Positions 7,639 to 19,381 of a stretch of 42,705 nt of DNA are shown here, one piece after another; the stretch's first letter is position 1, and each line of letters starts with the position of its first letter. A model generated the notes under the pieces. It did not search any database, was not told where the DNA came from, and saw only the letters and a program-made list of their open reading frames with translations. Source of the stretch: an uncultured Atribacterota bacterium. GTDB lineage: Bacteria > Atribacterota > Phoenicimicrobiia > Phoenicimicrobiales > Stramentimicrobiaceae. A program made the position numbers and the translations under genes. The stretch lies in the NCBI GenBank assembly GCA_964404675.1, contig CAYOLB010000348.1, positions 1 through 42,705 on the forward strand, read 5' to 3'.

Positions 7639-8817
7639 TTATTTGATATTACTGTGATTTTTGGCAATAACATCTGCAAGCTGATTTAGTTTTTCAAAAT
7701 CTTCTTCTCGAGGATTGCTTTTAACCATGGTTGTTGGCAATAATTCTACTTTTAGATTTTTTAACAATTGAAGAATATCCTCTTCCATCTTGCTTCCCCA
7801 TCCAAAAGAACCAACAATTCCAGCATATTTTGCCTTTGGTTTTAAGATATTGCAAAGGTAAGCAGCATATACCACTTGAGGATGAGGACCAGTTAATACT
7901 GTAGGAGATGCCAGAATAATTGTTGCAGCATCAACTAAGGATATTGCCAGTTTTCCAATATCAGTATAATTTAAATGATATGGAGTCACATCTATATCTC
8001 TTTTAATCAGCTGATCCATTAGATAATAGACCATTTTTTCTGTACTTCCGTGCATAGAAATATAGGGTATTATGACTTCATTTCTAACCTTGTCTGACAC
8101 CCAATCCTGGTAAGCACTTAAAATAAACTCAGGTTTTTTATAAAGAGGACCATGACTGGGAGCAATTATTTTAATCGGAATTTTCTGTAATTTATCCAGG
8201 TAGCCATTAATCATATGTCTAAAAGGCATCATTATTTCAGCATAATACCTTTTAGCAGCATGATAGATATTGGCATTGTCTTCTGACCACAATTTACTGG
8301 TAGCAAGGTGAGAACCTAAAAAATCACAGGTAAACAATATCCTTTCTTCAGATAGATAAGTAAGAAAAGTTTCTGGCCAATGAACCCATGGAGCAAAAAT
8401 AAACTGGAATTTCTTGTTTCCAAATTGAAAGATCTGGCCATCTTCAATCTCATAGAAATTTTTGTCCTCCAAATGCAATTCATCAATTAACAAACCCTTG
8501 CATTTTTGGTTGGTAACAACACGGCATTCTGGATATATTTGTAATACATCTTTTATGCAACCTGCATGATCCTGTTCGGCATGTTGGGCAATGATATAAC
8601 TTATTTTTTCTACTTTTGCCTCTTTGATGTTTTGAAAAAATTCTTCCTTCTTGGCAGGGTCTACAGTATCTATAAGAAGGCCTTCATTTCCATTTTTAAT
8701 TAAAAAAGAATTATAACTGGTTCCATCAGGCAAAGGTATTAATTCATCAAAAATCCTACGATTCCAATCAATAGAACCAATCCAATAAATCTCATCTGTA
8801 ATCTTTCTAACGGTCAA
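7639..8817 (-). CDS. Flavodiiron protein / flavorubredoxin-type O2/NO reductase (metallo-beta-lactamase fold plus C-terminal flavodoxin domain); TTG start
   Basis: AQHAEQDHAG is the diiron H-x-E-x-D-H motif. The C-terminus AKYAGIVGSFGWG is a flavodoxin-like FMN site. It is overlap-adjacent (2 nt) to the upstream rubredoxin gene. Confidence 0.9.
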   Translation of the reverse strand: MTVRKITDEIYWIGSIDWNRRIFDELIPLPDGTSYNSFLIKNGNEGLLIDTVDPAKKEEFFQNIKEAKVEKISYIIAQHAEQDHAGCIKDVLQIYPECRVVTNQKCKGLLIDELHLEDKNFYEIEDGQIFQFGNKKFQFIFAPWVHWPETFLTYLSEERILFTCDFLGSHLATSKLWSEDNANIYHAAKRYYAEIMMPFRHMINGYLDKLQKIPIKIIAPSHGPLYKKPEFILSAYQDWVSDKVRNEVIIPYISMHGSTEKMVYYLMDQLIKRDIDVTPYHLNYTDIGKLAISLVDAATIILASPTVLTGPHPQVVYAAYLCNILKPKAKYAGIVGSFGWGSKMEEDILQLLKNLKVELLPTTMVKSNPREEDFEKLNQLADVIAKNHSNIK

Positions 8818-8819
8818 GA

Positions 8820-8981
8820 CTATTCCTCCTTTTCAAACTCATCTTTGCTGGCACCGCATAAAGGGCAAACCCAGTCTTCAGGTAAATCTTCAAAAGAAGT
8901 TCCAGGTTCAATATCTGATTCCGGGTCTCCCTTTTCCGGGTCATAGATATAACCACAAACAGTACATCTATATTTATCCAT
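8820..8981 (-). CDS. rub: Rubredoxin (53 aa), absent from the supplied ORF track
   Basis: The minus-strand translation is [53 protein letters not shown], with the two canonical CxxCG knuckles (CTVCG, CPLCG). AGGGGGG lies 5 nt upstream of the ATG. Confidence 0.9.
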   Translation of the reverse strand: MDKYRCTVCGYIYDPEKGDPESDIEPGTSFEDLPEDWVCPLCGASKDEFEKEE

Positions 8982-9038
8982 CTTTATCCCCCCTTTCAAA
9001 TATTAATTTCTATTTTATTATTTATAATCTATTATAGG

Positions 9039-10508
9039 TTAATTTTGAAATTTATTCATCTTTTCTTTTAATAACTCAAGAACCAAATCGGGTTGAGCCC
9101 TTCCTTTGGTATAACGCATTACCTGACCCACCAGATAATTTACTGCTTTTTCTTTTCCATCCTGATAATCCTGAACTGATTGCAAATTTTCTTTAATAAC
9201 TCTTGCAATAATACTGTCAATTTCATCCTTATTGCTTATCTGGGTTAGGCTATGTTTTTTTACTAAATCGGAAGCGCTTTGTCCAGTGTTAAACATCTCC
9301 TCAAAAATGGTCTTGGCAATCTTCCCACTTATTATATTATTATCAATTAATTGCAACAATTCGACCAACCTTGAAGCTGAAATGGGACTGGCACTAATAT
9401 CAATATTTTCTTCACCTAAATACCTTAATAACTCTCCTAAAATCCAGTTTGTGAGCTTTTTATATTTGCGGTAATCATGAGCTGCTTCTTCAAAGTAATC
9501 ACCCAATGACTTTATTTCCACCAAACGATTGGCATTATACTCAGAGAGTCCATAATCTTTAATAAATCTTCTCTTTCTATCTACAGGCAATTCAGGTAAG
9601 CTATTTTTAATTTCATCTACCCAGGAATCCCTAATTCTTAGCGGCAATAAATCCGGTTCTGGAAAATAACGATAATCATGAGCGTCCTCTTTACTCCGCA
9701 TGGAAATTGTTTTATTACTACTTTCATCCCAGCGTCTTGTTTCTTGAATTACTTTTTCACTATTTTCAATTAATTTCCTCTGCCGTATTATTTCATAATC
9801 TAGGGCTCTTCTTATTGCCCTAAATGAATTCATGTTTTTTACCTCGGTTTTTACTCCAATCTGGCCAGATTCTGGATCCCTGATAGAAATATTGGCATCA
9901 CACCTCATGGAACCGCGTTCTAAATTCCCATCACATACACCGAGGTATTGAACAATACTTCTTAGATTTTGAAGAAAAATAATTGCCTCTTCAGATGAAC
10001 GTAAATCAGGCTTGGTGACAATTTCTAATAAAGGGATAGAGCAACGGTTATAATCCACTAACGAATCAACAATCTGCCCATTTTCTTCAATATGGACTAA
10101 CTTACCCGCATCTTCTTCCATATGTGCTCGGTTAATGCCAATTTTTCTTTTTTCTCCTGTTTCTACAACTTCTAGTTCAAGAAACCCTTCTTCTGCTAAG
10201 GGCAAATCATATTGAGAAATCTGGTAAGCCTTTGGTAAGTCAGGATAAAAATAATTTTTCCGGTGAAAGATATTTGTGTTATTTATTCTACAATTTAAAG
10301 CAATGGCAGTTTTTGTAGCTAATTCTACTGCCTTTCTATTAAGGACCGGTAGACAGCCAGGCAAACCTAGACAAACAGGACAGGTATTGGTATTAGGCTC
10401 TTTATCAATATAATCTGTACTGCAATGGCAAAATAATTTTGTTTTCGTTAATAACTGAACATGGATTTCCAACCCTATTACTATATCATCTTGCATGTTA
10501 AACTCCAT
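9039..10508 (-). CDS. gatB: Asp-tRNA(Asn)/Glu-tRNA(Gln) amidotransferase subunit B
   Basis: The N-terminus is MEFNMQDDIVIGLEIHVQLLTKTKLFC. GatB/YqeY C-terminal domain is present. Confidence 0.95.
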   Translation of the reverse strand: MEFNMQDDIVIGLEIHVQLLTKTKLFCHCSTDYIDKEPNTNTCPVCLGLPGCLPVLNRKAVELATKTAIALNCRINNTNIFHRKNYFYPDLPKAYQISQYDLPLAEEGFLELEVVETGEKRKIGINRAHMEEDAGKLVHIEENGQIVDSLVDYNRCSIPLLEIVTKPDLRSSEEAIIFLQNLRSIVQYLGVCDGNLERGSMRCDANISIRDPESGQIGVKTEVKNMNSFRAIRRALDYEIIRQRKLIENSEKVIQETRRWDESSNKTISMRSKEDAHDYRYFPEPDLLPLRIRDSWVDEIKNSLPELPVDRKRRFIKDYGLSEYNANRLVEIKSLGDYFEEAAHDYRKYKKLTNWILGELLRYLGEENIDISASPISASRLVELLQLIDNNIISGKIAKTIFEEMFNTGQSASDLVKKHSLTQISNKDEIDSIIARVIKENLQSVQDYQDGKEKAVNYLVGQVMRYTKGRAQPDLVLELLKEKMNKFQN

Positions 10509-10599
10509 TCTCTTATTATCATATAATTACAATTGTCTTTAAGATACCTTCTTTAATATTAAATAAAGAAAATTTCCTAATTCAATTTATTTCGATATT

Positions 10600-12069
10600 T
10601 TATAGTGAACTCATTTTTTTAAATTCAGGTCTGGTAAAATGGCTCTCAAGATTATAGGCAGTTCTTAAAATTTTATCTTCCCCAAATGCCTTTCCTATAA
10701 TTTGAAGCCCAATTGGCAAATTATTATTTTTTGTAAACCCACAATTAATTGATAGACCAGGTAATCCTGCCAGATTAACCGGCATAGTATAAACGTCTGT
10801 TAAATACATAGTTAAGGGATCATCAATTTTTTCACCAATCTTAAAAGCAGGTATAGGTGATGTGGGACATAAAAGCAAATCAAATTTTTTAAATACCTCG
10901 TCAAAATCTTTTTTAATCAAAGTTCTGACTTTTTGCGCTTTTAAATAATAGGCATCATAATATCCTGAACTCAGGGCATAAGTACCTAACATTATCCTTC
11001 TAATTACCTCCGGTCCAAAAGCAGTTGTTCTCGTTTTTTTATACATCTCTTCTAAATCATTATCCTCATCAATTCGTAAACCATACTGAATCCCATCAAA
11101 TCTTGCCAAATTTGAACTTGCCTCAGCCATAGCAATAAGATAATATGCGGGCAAGGCATATTCTATGTTTGGTAGAGATACTTCTTCTACTTTTCCACCC
11201 AATTCAGAAATTTTATCAATGGCATTGAGTACTGCATCTTTTACCTCGGCATTTAATCCCTGTTCAAAAAACTCACGTGGAATACCAAATGTTAAATCTG
11301 AAATATCCTCCCGACAGGCAGCGAGGAAATCAGGTACCTGTATTTTTGCTGAGGTGGAATCATTTTCATCATGGCCACATATTATATTCATCATTAGTGC
11401 TGCATCTTTAACGCACTTTGTTAATGTTCCTACCTGGTCCAGAGAAGAAGCATAAGCAATAACCCCATAGCGAGATACTCTTCCATAAGTAGGCTTCATC
11501 CCTACAACTCCACAAAATGATGCAGGTAATCTGATAGAACCTCCAGTATCTGTTCCTAAAGCTACCAATGCTTCATTTGCGGCAACGGCAACTGCCGAAC
11601 CACCACTGGAACCTCCAGGAACGCGAGTAACATCCCAGGGATTTAATGTCGTCTGATATGCTGAATTTTCATTGGAAGAACCCATTGCAAATTCGTCCAT
11701 ATTGGTCTTACCAATAATAATAGCACCAGCATCCTTAATTTTTTTAATCACAGTTGCATCATAAGGTGGAATAAATCCCTTTAGAATTTTGGATGCACAG
11801 GTTGTTTCAATACCGTTGGTACAAATAATATCTTTTACTGCTATCGGAAGCCCGGCTAATGGAGGTAGTTCTTCCCCATTTTTTACCATGAGATCAATCC
11901 TTTTTGCTTCTATTAATGCCCTTTCTTTATTAATACTTAAATATGCCTTCAACTTTTCGTCAGTCTTATCAATTTGCAAAAAGATATCATTTATCACCTG
12001 CTCAACTGATATCTCTTTTTTACGAACCATTTTAATAAAGTCAGTTCCTCTTAACTCATTCAATTGCAA
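10600..12069 (-). CDS. gatA: Glutamyl-tRNA(Gln) amidotransferase subunit A (amidase signature family). The start is reassigned to the TTG at 12067-12069; the ORF-track start at 12156 would overlap gatC by 32 nt
   Basis: The amidase GGSSGGSAVAVA motif is present. GGGAGGA (12077-12083) lies exactly 7 nt upstream of the TTG. The resulting N-terminus MQLNELRGTDFIKMVRKKEIS aligns with typical GatA N-termini. Confidence 0.9.
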   Translation of the reverse strand: MQLNELRGTDFIKMVRKKEISVEQVINDIFLQIDKTDEKLKAYLSINKERALIEAKRIDLMVKNGEELPPLAGLPIAVKDIICTNGIETTCASKILKGFIPPYDATVIKKIKDAGAIIIGKTNMDEFAMGSSNENSAYQTTLNPWDVTRVPGGSSGGSAVAVAANEALVALGTDTGGSIRLPASFCGVVGMKPTYGRVSRYGVIAYASSLDQVGTLTKCVKDAALMMNIICGHDENDSTSAKIQVPDFLAACREDISDLTFGIPREFFEQGLNAEVKDAVLNAIDKISELGGKVEEVSLPNIEYALPAYYLIAMAEASSNLARFDGIQYGLRIDEDNDLEEMYKKTRTTAFGPEVIRRIMLGTYALSSGYYDAYYLKAQKVRTLIKKDFDEVFKKFDLLLCPTSPIPAFKIGEKIDDPLTMYLTDVYTMPVNLAGLPGLSINCGFTKNNNLPIGLQIIGKAFGEDKILRTAYNLESHFTRPEFKKMSSL

Positions 12070-12124
12070 TTCAATTTCCTCCCGTTTTTCTAAGCATGAC
12101 AGGTATATTGCCTTTACTTGATTA

Positions 12125-12418
12125 TCATAATATTTTTGGGACTCTAAAATAACCATCTTTGCTATATTTGGTTAAATCCATGACTGTTTTTTGGGGCAAC
12201 GAAGGTCTGGGTATATCTTCATGGAATGAATTAGTCGTATGCAAAATTTGAGATGTGGGCTCTACATTTTCAGTATTTAATTCATTTAATTTGTTAAAAT
12301 ATGATAAAATATCGTTCAGTTGTTTTAAAAATGTTTTCTTCTGGTCTTCATTCAATTCTAATTTTGCCAATTTCGCTACATATTCAACATCTTTTTCACT
12401 AATCATCTTTTTAGTCAT
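12125..12418 (-). CDS. gatC: Glutamyl-tRNA(Gln) amidotransferase subunit C
   Basis: The 97-aa protein reads MTKKMISEKDVEYVAKLAKLELNEDQKKTFLKQLNDILSYF, the GatC family signature. It sits in gatCAB order. Confidence 0.9.
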   Translation of the reverse strand: MTKKMISEKDVEYVAKLAKLELNEDQKKTFLKQLNDILSYFNKLNELNTENVEPTSQILHTTNSFHEDIPRPSLPQKTVMDLTKYSKDGYFRVPKIL

Positions 12419-12448
12419 AAAAATAATTCCTCCAACTATATTATACAG

Positions 12449-14470
<2,022 letters not shown>

Positions 14471-14583
14471 TTATAACCTATGCACTAGATATTTATTGCT
14501 GTAAACAGTATATAACAAAACACATTGAAATCTCAATAATATATACAGATTAATTGTTGATATATTCATCTTACAAACTTAAT

Positions 14584-14612
14584 TTGACAAATATAGTTAG
14601 GGATATTATATT
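14584..14612 (+). promoter_or_regulatory. Sigma-70-type promoter (TTGACA-17 nt-TATATT) for the ppiC-type gene
   Basis: The sequence TTGACAaatatagttagggatatTATATT lies 45 nt upstream of the ATG at 14657. Confidence 0.5.
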
Positions 14613-14656
14613 TATAATCGACATCCAAAATAAATTTAAGGAGACTAAATAATACT

Positions 14657-15766
14657 ATGCAATTTATTCGAAAAAATATAAAACCCATTTTAATAATTAT
14701 CGTTGTTGCCTTTATTGTCTCGATATTTTATGGCCTTGGCCAATACAGATCTTCTGGTAATAAACAGCAGGCTACTGGTGGTTTGATTGCAGAGGTCAAT
14801 AACACAGGAATCAGTTATCAACAATGGCAAAATGCATTTTCCAATTTCATTTCCCGTTATGATAATCAGACATTGTCCAATATGAGTGAGCAAACTCTGG
14901 CATATGTAAAAAATAGTGTAACTGAACAATTAATAAATTCAATACTGTTGTATCAACATGCCCAAGAAAGGAATATTACCATTCCTGAAAGTGATATTGA
15001 TGAAGAAATCGAAAAGATTAAAAGTAGTTTTGAAACAGAATCAGCTTTGAACGATGCCTTAAAAAGAAGTAATTTAACCTTAAACCAGCTTAAAGATGAT
15101 ATCAACAGACAATTGATGATCAGCGAGACAATAGAACAGGAAAACGATAAAGTGGAACTAACCGAGGAAGAAATATCTCAATATTATGAAGAAAATAAAG
15201 AGTATTTCTTTGAACCAGAGAAAAGAAAAATTAGGCATATCCTGGTAGAAGATGAAGAAGATGCCCAAAAAATATTAAATCAGATAAATGATGGAATAGT
15301 TGAATTTGAAAACGCAGCCAATGAAAAATCTATTTGCCCATCATCCGAACAAGATGGTGACCTAGGTTATATTACTCGTGGCCAGATGGTGAAAGAATTT
15401 GAAACTGTAGCTTTCTCTCTGGAGGCTGGTGAAATAAGTGAAGTGGTAAAAACCGAATACGGTTATCATATAATTAAATGTGAAGACATAGAAGAAGAAC
15501 ATCAGCAAACTTTTGAAGAAGCAAGAGAAACTATTGAAGAAAACTTAAGAAGACAAAAAGAAAATTCTGCAATTGAAGCTCTTTTAACTCAACTCAGAGA
15601 AGAGTCTGATGTAATAATTCACTATGATTTTACTTCAGAATTAGAAACAACTGAAAAATTAGATACAGAAGAACCTGCAGAAGAAAATAAATCTGAAGCT
15701 ACTCAGGAAGATAGCCAGCAAGAAGAAAAAGAAATTACAGAAGAAGAAAACACACCAAATGAGTAA
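14657..15766 (+). CDS. Membrane-anchored PpiC/parvulin-type peptidyl-prolyl isomerase (PrsA/SurA-like) with an acidic low-complexity C-terminal tail
   Basis: There is an N-terminal TM helix. The parvulin domain reads KRKIRHILVEDEEDAQKILNQIN...DLGYITRGQMVKEFETVAFSL...GYHIIKCED. The last ~45 aa are E/T/Q-rich. Confidence 0.8.
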   Translation: MQFIRKNIKPILIIIVVAFIVSIFYGLGQYRSSGNKQQATGGLIAEVNNTGISYQQWQNAFSNFISRYDNQTLSNMSEQTLAYVKNSVTEQLINSILLYQHAQERNITIPESDIDEEIEKIKSSFETESALNDALKRSNLTLNQLKDDINRQLMISETIEQENDKVELTEEEISQYYEENKEYFFEPEKRKIRHILVEDEEDAQKILNQINDGIVEFENAANEKSICPSSEQDGDLGYITRGQMVKEFETVAFSLEAGEISEVVKTEYGYHIIKCEDIEEEHQQTFEEARETIEENLRRQKENSAIEALLTQLREESDVIIHYDFTSELETTEKLDTEEPAEENKSEATQEDSQQEEKEITEEENTPNE

Positions 15767-15787
15767 ACAAGAATAAAATATTTTTTA

Positions 15788-15825
15788 TTAAGACCTCATA
15801 TCTTTAAAAAAGTATGGGGTCTTAA
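15788..15825. terminator. Bidirectional terminator hairpin (14-bp stem with two G-U pairs, 10-nt loop) between convergent ppiC-type and peptidase genes
   Basis: TTAAGACCTCATAT-ctttaaaaaa-GTATGGGGTCTTAA, followed by T-rich sequence on the plus strand. Confidence 0.55.
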
Positions 15826-15831
15826 TAAATT

Positions 15832-16659
15832 TTAATTATTTTCCACTACCCCTTCCATCTGCAAGCTTACAAGCTCAAAGTAAGCCAAAATGTTTTCGAT
15901 ACATTGATAATGAAAATCCACTCTCTTGTTATAATCAATCTTCTTACAAGTTTCAAAGGTAATTCCAGATATTTTTAGATGATTCAAAGCCTCATAAGTA
16001 CTGCTTCCGACAATCGGTTTTACAATGACCTCAAACTTATTTTTCGGGGAAATAATATTGCTGTTTAGCTCATCAACAAGATACTTGGCTATCTTATTTA
16101 AAAATGAGTTTTTATTATCATCCAATACTATAGTTTGCCCATAAAAAGAATTATTTTTATTATAGTAATCTACTGATTCATGCAAGTCTAAGAGAAATTC
16201 TACTTCATTCTTGTTCATTATTTCAAAAATTTCACCAGCTAACCTTTTAATAGTATTATTCGAGTTAGTGTTACCAGGGTAATTACGATTTAAATCTTCC
16301 CTGTCAGACATTGCCCGAACACCATGCATGATTGCTTTTTTGTTAGCTTCTGGAAGAATGATAACTGTTCCCCTCTCAAGCTCAATATTTTTCATGAACC
16401 GCTTTGCTGCTTCTATGCCCGCTAGCTCATTACCATGTACTCCTGCCATAACCATTATTATGGGATATTTCTGTTCAGATGAATAAACATAGGCCTTAGT
16501 TTCATAATCTGTTCCCGAACAAAGAATAATTTCTAAAGTGTCTGGATTTATAGTAAAATTAGCAAAAGCAGGGCAAAATAATAACTGCATAAAAATACAA
16601 AAGGCAATTGATATTAACAAAAGAAATTTACTAATAAAGTAATTATTATTTCTATTCAT
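15832..16659 (-). CDS. Secreted zinc peptidase of the M14 / AstE-AspA (succinylglutamate desuccinylase/aspartoacylase-like) family
   Basis: It has a signal peptide and the zinc-binding block IIMVMAGVHGNELAGIEAAKRF (HGNE motif). Confidence 0.65.
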   Translation of the reverse strand: MNRNNNYFISKFLLLISIAFCIFMQLLFCPAFANFTINPDTLEIILCSGTDYETKAYVYSSEQKYPIIMVMAGVHGNELAGIEAAKRFMKNIELERGTVIILPEANKKAIMHGVRAMSDREDLNRNYPGNTNSNNTIKRLAGEIFEIMNKNEVEFLLDLHESVDYYNKNNSFYGQTIVLDDNKNSFLNKIAKYLVDELNSNIISPKNKFEVIVKPIVGSSTYEALNHLKISGITFETCKKIDYNKRVDFHYQCIENILAYFELVSLQMEGVVENN

Positions 16660-16684
16660 TATAGAATTTAAACTGTACCTTCTC

Positions 16685-18076
16685 TTAATCTGCCACTATT
16701 TTCTTGGGAACACTAATATAATTATCATTTGCTAAAAATTCCATACTTTCGCCCTTGGCATCATTGACAACCCGATAGGACTTTATGCTGTATCCAGGGA
16801 TCCCTTCCTGCAATACTGTACCTTCCTGATATGTAATATTTTCATTTTTTACTTCTATGATGTCAAAATCATGTATTTTTTTGTCCATTGTGATAATCTT
16901 AATGTCTTCATTCAATCCCTTCTCTCCATATATAGTCGCTATTAAACTATTGCCCTTAACCTCACAAAAAATACTTATAGTTTGATCTAATGTATTTTTA
17001 AATTTCAAATCTTTATATCCATAGAATATTGCTGCATCTCTACCCAAAGGTACGTAACTAGTTGCATCTCCATAAATGGAATGATTATACCTTTCAATTA
17101 TTTGCAAGTTAGCAAGCAAGACAGCATTATAAATTGTTGTAGAAACCTGACAAATTCCCCCACCATAACCGCTTGTAAATTGCCCGTTAGAAATAATAGT
17201 ACTTTCTTTATAACCATCATTTTTTTCTGCAGGCCCTACTATCTGATTGAATAAAAACTTTTCACCTGGCTTTAGTATAAGCCCATTAATCTCATTAGAG
17301 GCCTTTTTTATATTAAACAGGGTATTCTCTTCTTTATCCTGCAGAGCTGTTTCAAAACTACTAATTCTTTGATTAATACCTATTTGGGCAAGCAGTTCAT
17401 CAGTAGTAATTTTAGGTTTCAAATATGCAACAGGTAAAGATACCTGAACAATAGAATCAGTATTAATTGAATTTACAATGTTCTCTTTAATCTCTCCAGG
17501 TAATTCTTCTATCTTAATTTTGATGCCAGTTTGTGCAGGAATTATCCTATTTTTTTCTAAAAATGCATCTCTCTGAGGCTGTTCTATTTCAGCTTGCAAC
17601 TTGACAACAAAGTCTGTAAAAACTCCTTGATTAAAAGACAGGTAGTTTTTATCCGGCATTATCCTTGTTTTTCTTAGAAGGGATAGTCTCTCTCTTACTC
17701 TTTGTACAATTGAACCACGTCTCCCAATTGAATACGCCTCCACCAACATACCTTCTAAATCAACAGAAGCTCCTAGGTCCTCTTTTGGAATAATACTTTT
17801 ACTAAAACTATTATTTTCTATTATTACATGGTTTGATAATACTTTCTGTATTATTGGGGTCAAAACAGTTTCGGCTGCTGCTATCTCTAATCCCCCAATA
17901 TCCTGCTGTAATGCCATAATATTGGGATAAATCTTTTTATCATAAATTAATAAATCTATTGCATAAATAGCAAAAAATGCAAAAATAATTGCAAATAATG
18001 ATAAAAATATTTTTCTGAATATCCTATTCTTTTTGTAATTTGATTTATTTCTTTTATAGTAATTATGTTGATACAC
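16685..18076 (-). CDS. VanW-family protein (membrane-anchored)
   Basis: The VanW signature GYGGGICQVSTTIYNAVLLANL is present, with an N-terminal TM helix. It lies 25 nt upstream of the peptidase gene (operon). Confidence 0.8.
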   Translation of the reverse strand: MYQHNYYKRNKSNYKKNRIFRKIFLSLFAIIFAFFAIYAIDLLIYDKKIYPNIMALQQDIGGLEIAAAETVLTPIIQKVLSNHVIIENNSFSKSIIPKEDLGASVDLEGMLVEAYSIGRRGSIVQRVRERLSLLRKTRIMPDKNYLSFNQGVFTDFVVKLQAEIEQPQRDAFLEKNRIIPAQTGIKIKIEELPGEIKENIVNSINTDSIVQVSLPVAYLKPKITTDELLAQIGINQRISSFETALQDKEENTLFNIKKASNEINGLILKPGEKFLFNQIVGPAEKNDGYKESTIISNGQFTSGYGGGICQVSTTIYNAVLLANLQIIERYNHSIYGDATSYVPLGRDAAIFYGYKDLKFKNTLDQTISIFCEVKGNSLIATIYGEKGLNEDIKIITMDKKIHDFDIIEVKNENITYQEGTVLQEGIPGYSIKSYRVVNDAKGESMEFLANDNYISVPKKIVAD

Positions 18077-18149
18077 CCATCTCTCCTTATTTTTTTATTG
18101 CATTAAATTGCACAATTTATAGAAGTATTTTTATTACCAAAAATATGAA

Positions 18150-18178
18150 TTGAAAATAAAATAATTTTAATATATAAT
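18150..18178 (+). promoter_or_regulatory. Sigma-70 promoter TTGAAA-17 nt-TATAAT driving tRNA-Gly
   Basis: The sequence TTGAAAataaaataattttaataTATAAT lies 25 nt upstream of the tRNA 5' end. Confidence 0.7.
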
Positions 18179-18203
18179 AAAATTCGATTGTATCGATAAT
18201 ATT

Positions 18204-18279
18204 GCGGGAATAGCTCAGTTGGTAGAGCGTTGGCTTCCCAAGCCGAAGGTCGCGGGTTCAAACCCCGTTTCCCGCTCCA
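18204..18279 (+). tRNA. tRNA-Gly (anticodon CCC), 3' CCA encoded
   Basis: The cloverleaf was folded by hand. Acceptor GCGGGAA/TTCCCGC, D arm GCTC/GAGC, anticodon stem TTGGC/GCCGA with loop TTCCCAA, T arm GCGGG-TTCAAAC-CCCGT, discriminator T, CCA. Confidence 0.9.
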
Positions 18280-18318
18280 TTTATCCAATTACGATAAACT
18301 ATGGTCAATTAATCTTAG

Positions 18319-18531
18319 CTATCCCAATAGTTTGCTGATTACATTTTCTCCCTTTAACATCAAAAAAATAATATATAAAAGCATTGCCAGTAAAAATCCA
18401 AGCAATACTCTCCCATAAAGAATTGCAATTTTGTATTTTGTTGAATCAAGTCGCATTAACCTGACTATAAACCTGGACAAAACAATAATAATAAATATAA
18501 CAAGCACTAATAGATATATTGCTTCATTCAT
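18319..18531 (-). CDS. Small hypothetical membrane protein (70 aa, two predicted TM helices)
   Basis: The ORF reads MNEAIYLLVLVIFIIIVLSRFIVRL...GFLLAMLLYIIFLML. There is no homology recognised; the hydrophobic ORF could arise by chance in AT-rich DNA. Confidence 0.3.
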   Translation of the reverse strand: MNEAIYLLVLVIFIIIVLSRFIVRLMRLDSTKYKIAILYGRVLLGFLLAMLLYIIFLMLKGENVISKLLG

Positions 18532-18603
18532 AATAGTTCTCCATTTTATTTAGTTTCGGAAATTAAATAGTCATAAATTCTTATTTTATTAATATTAACA
18601 CAA

Positions 18604-19380
18604 TCAGCTATCTAATTTTCTAATCCATGTTTCGAGGCAATTATCATATTGATTCTTATTATTTTCCAATTGCAGGGAAATATCGGTTATTGAAATGTAA
18701 TTATTACAAATTGCCCAATAGTCACTATTCTCTTCCATAAGTCCTTCTGGTTTGCTACCTTCAATCCAAAAATACTGTGTATTATCATTCTGATATATCT
18801 TTCTAATAAATTTTTGATGAAATATCTTTGCTAATTTTGTTAATCTAATTCCTTTTATATCTTGGTATCTGACATTCGGGATATTTACATTTAGTACATG
18901 TGTTTTTTTCTGGATACCTAAGGGTATAGAAGTAATGATTTTCTCTATTACTTTAATAGCAGTTGAATAAACAGGGGCATCCTCTTTCTTATCGATTGAT
19001 ACAGCAATAGAAAAAATATCATGAAAACCGCCCTCTATTGCGGCTCCAACAGTTCCTGAATAAAAAATATCTCTACCTAGATTTAGACCCTCATTAATAC
19101 CTGAAATAATTATATCTGGTTTTTCTTGTGCACATAATTCTTCAAGCCCGATGATAATACAATCAACCGGTGTCCCGCTTAAAGCATAGCCACAGGAAGA
19201 TTTATTTGACCACATTTCTTTACAACTGATAGTCTTGTAAATACTGCTGGAATGCCCTGTACCACTTCTTTCCTGATCAGGTGCTACTACTGTAATCCTC
19301 CCCAGTTTTTTTAAACTTTTTTTTAATTCTTTTAAACCTTCTGAATGTATCCCATCATCATTTGTTAATAATATTTTCAA
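18604..19380 (-). CDS. surE: 5'/3'-nucleotidase SurE
   Basis: The N-terminus MKILLTNDDGIHSEGL matches the SurE signature. Confidence 0.9.
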   Translation of the reverse strand: MKILLTNDDGIHSEGLKELKKSLKKLGRITVVAPDQERSGTGHSSSIYKTISCKEMWSNKSSCGYALSGTPVDCIIIGLEELCAQEKPDIIISGINEGLNLGRDIFYSGTVGAAIEGGFHDIFSIAVSIDKKEDAPVYSTAIKVIEKIITSIPLGIQKKTHVLNVNIPNVRYQDIKGIRLTKLAKIFHQKFIRKIYQNDNTQYFWIEGSKPEGLMEENSDYWAICNNYISITDISLQLENNKNQYDNCLETWIRKLDS

Positions 19381-19381
19381 C

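Noticed and set aside
8982-9038. A candidate rubredoxin promoter TTCAAA-17-TATAAA lies between gatB and rub.
   Set aside because: The -35 match is weak. The region is so AT-rich that such matches are expected. rub-FDP may instead be transcribed by read-through from gatB.
18103-18418. ORFs 18103-18288(-) and 18230-18418(+) overlap tRNA-Gly.
   Set aside because: The region encodes a canonical tRNA. These ORFs are translations across the tRNA gene.
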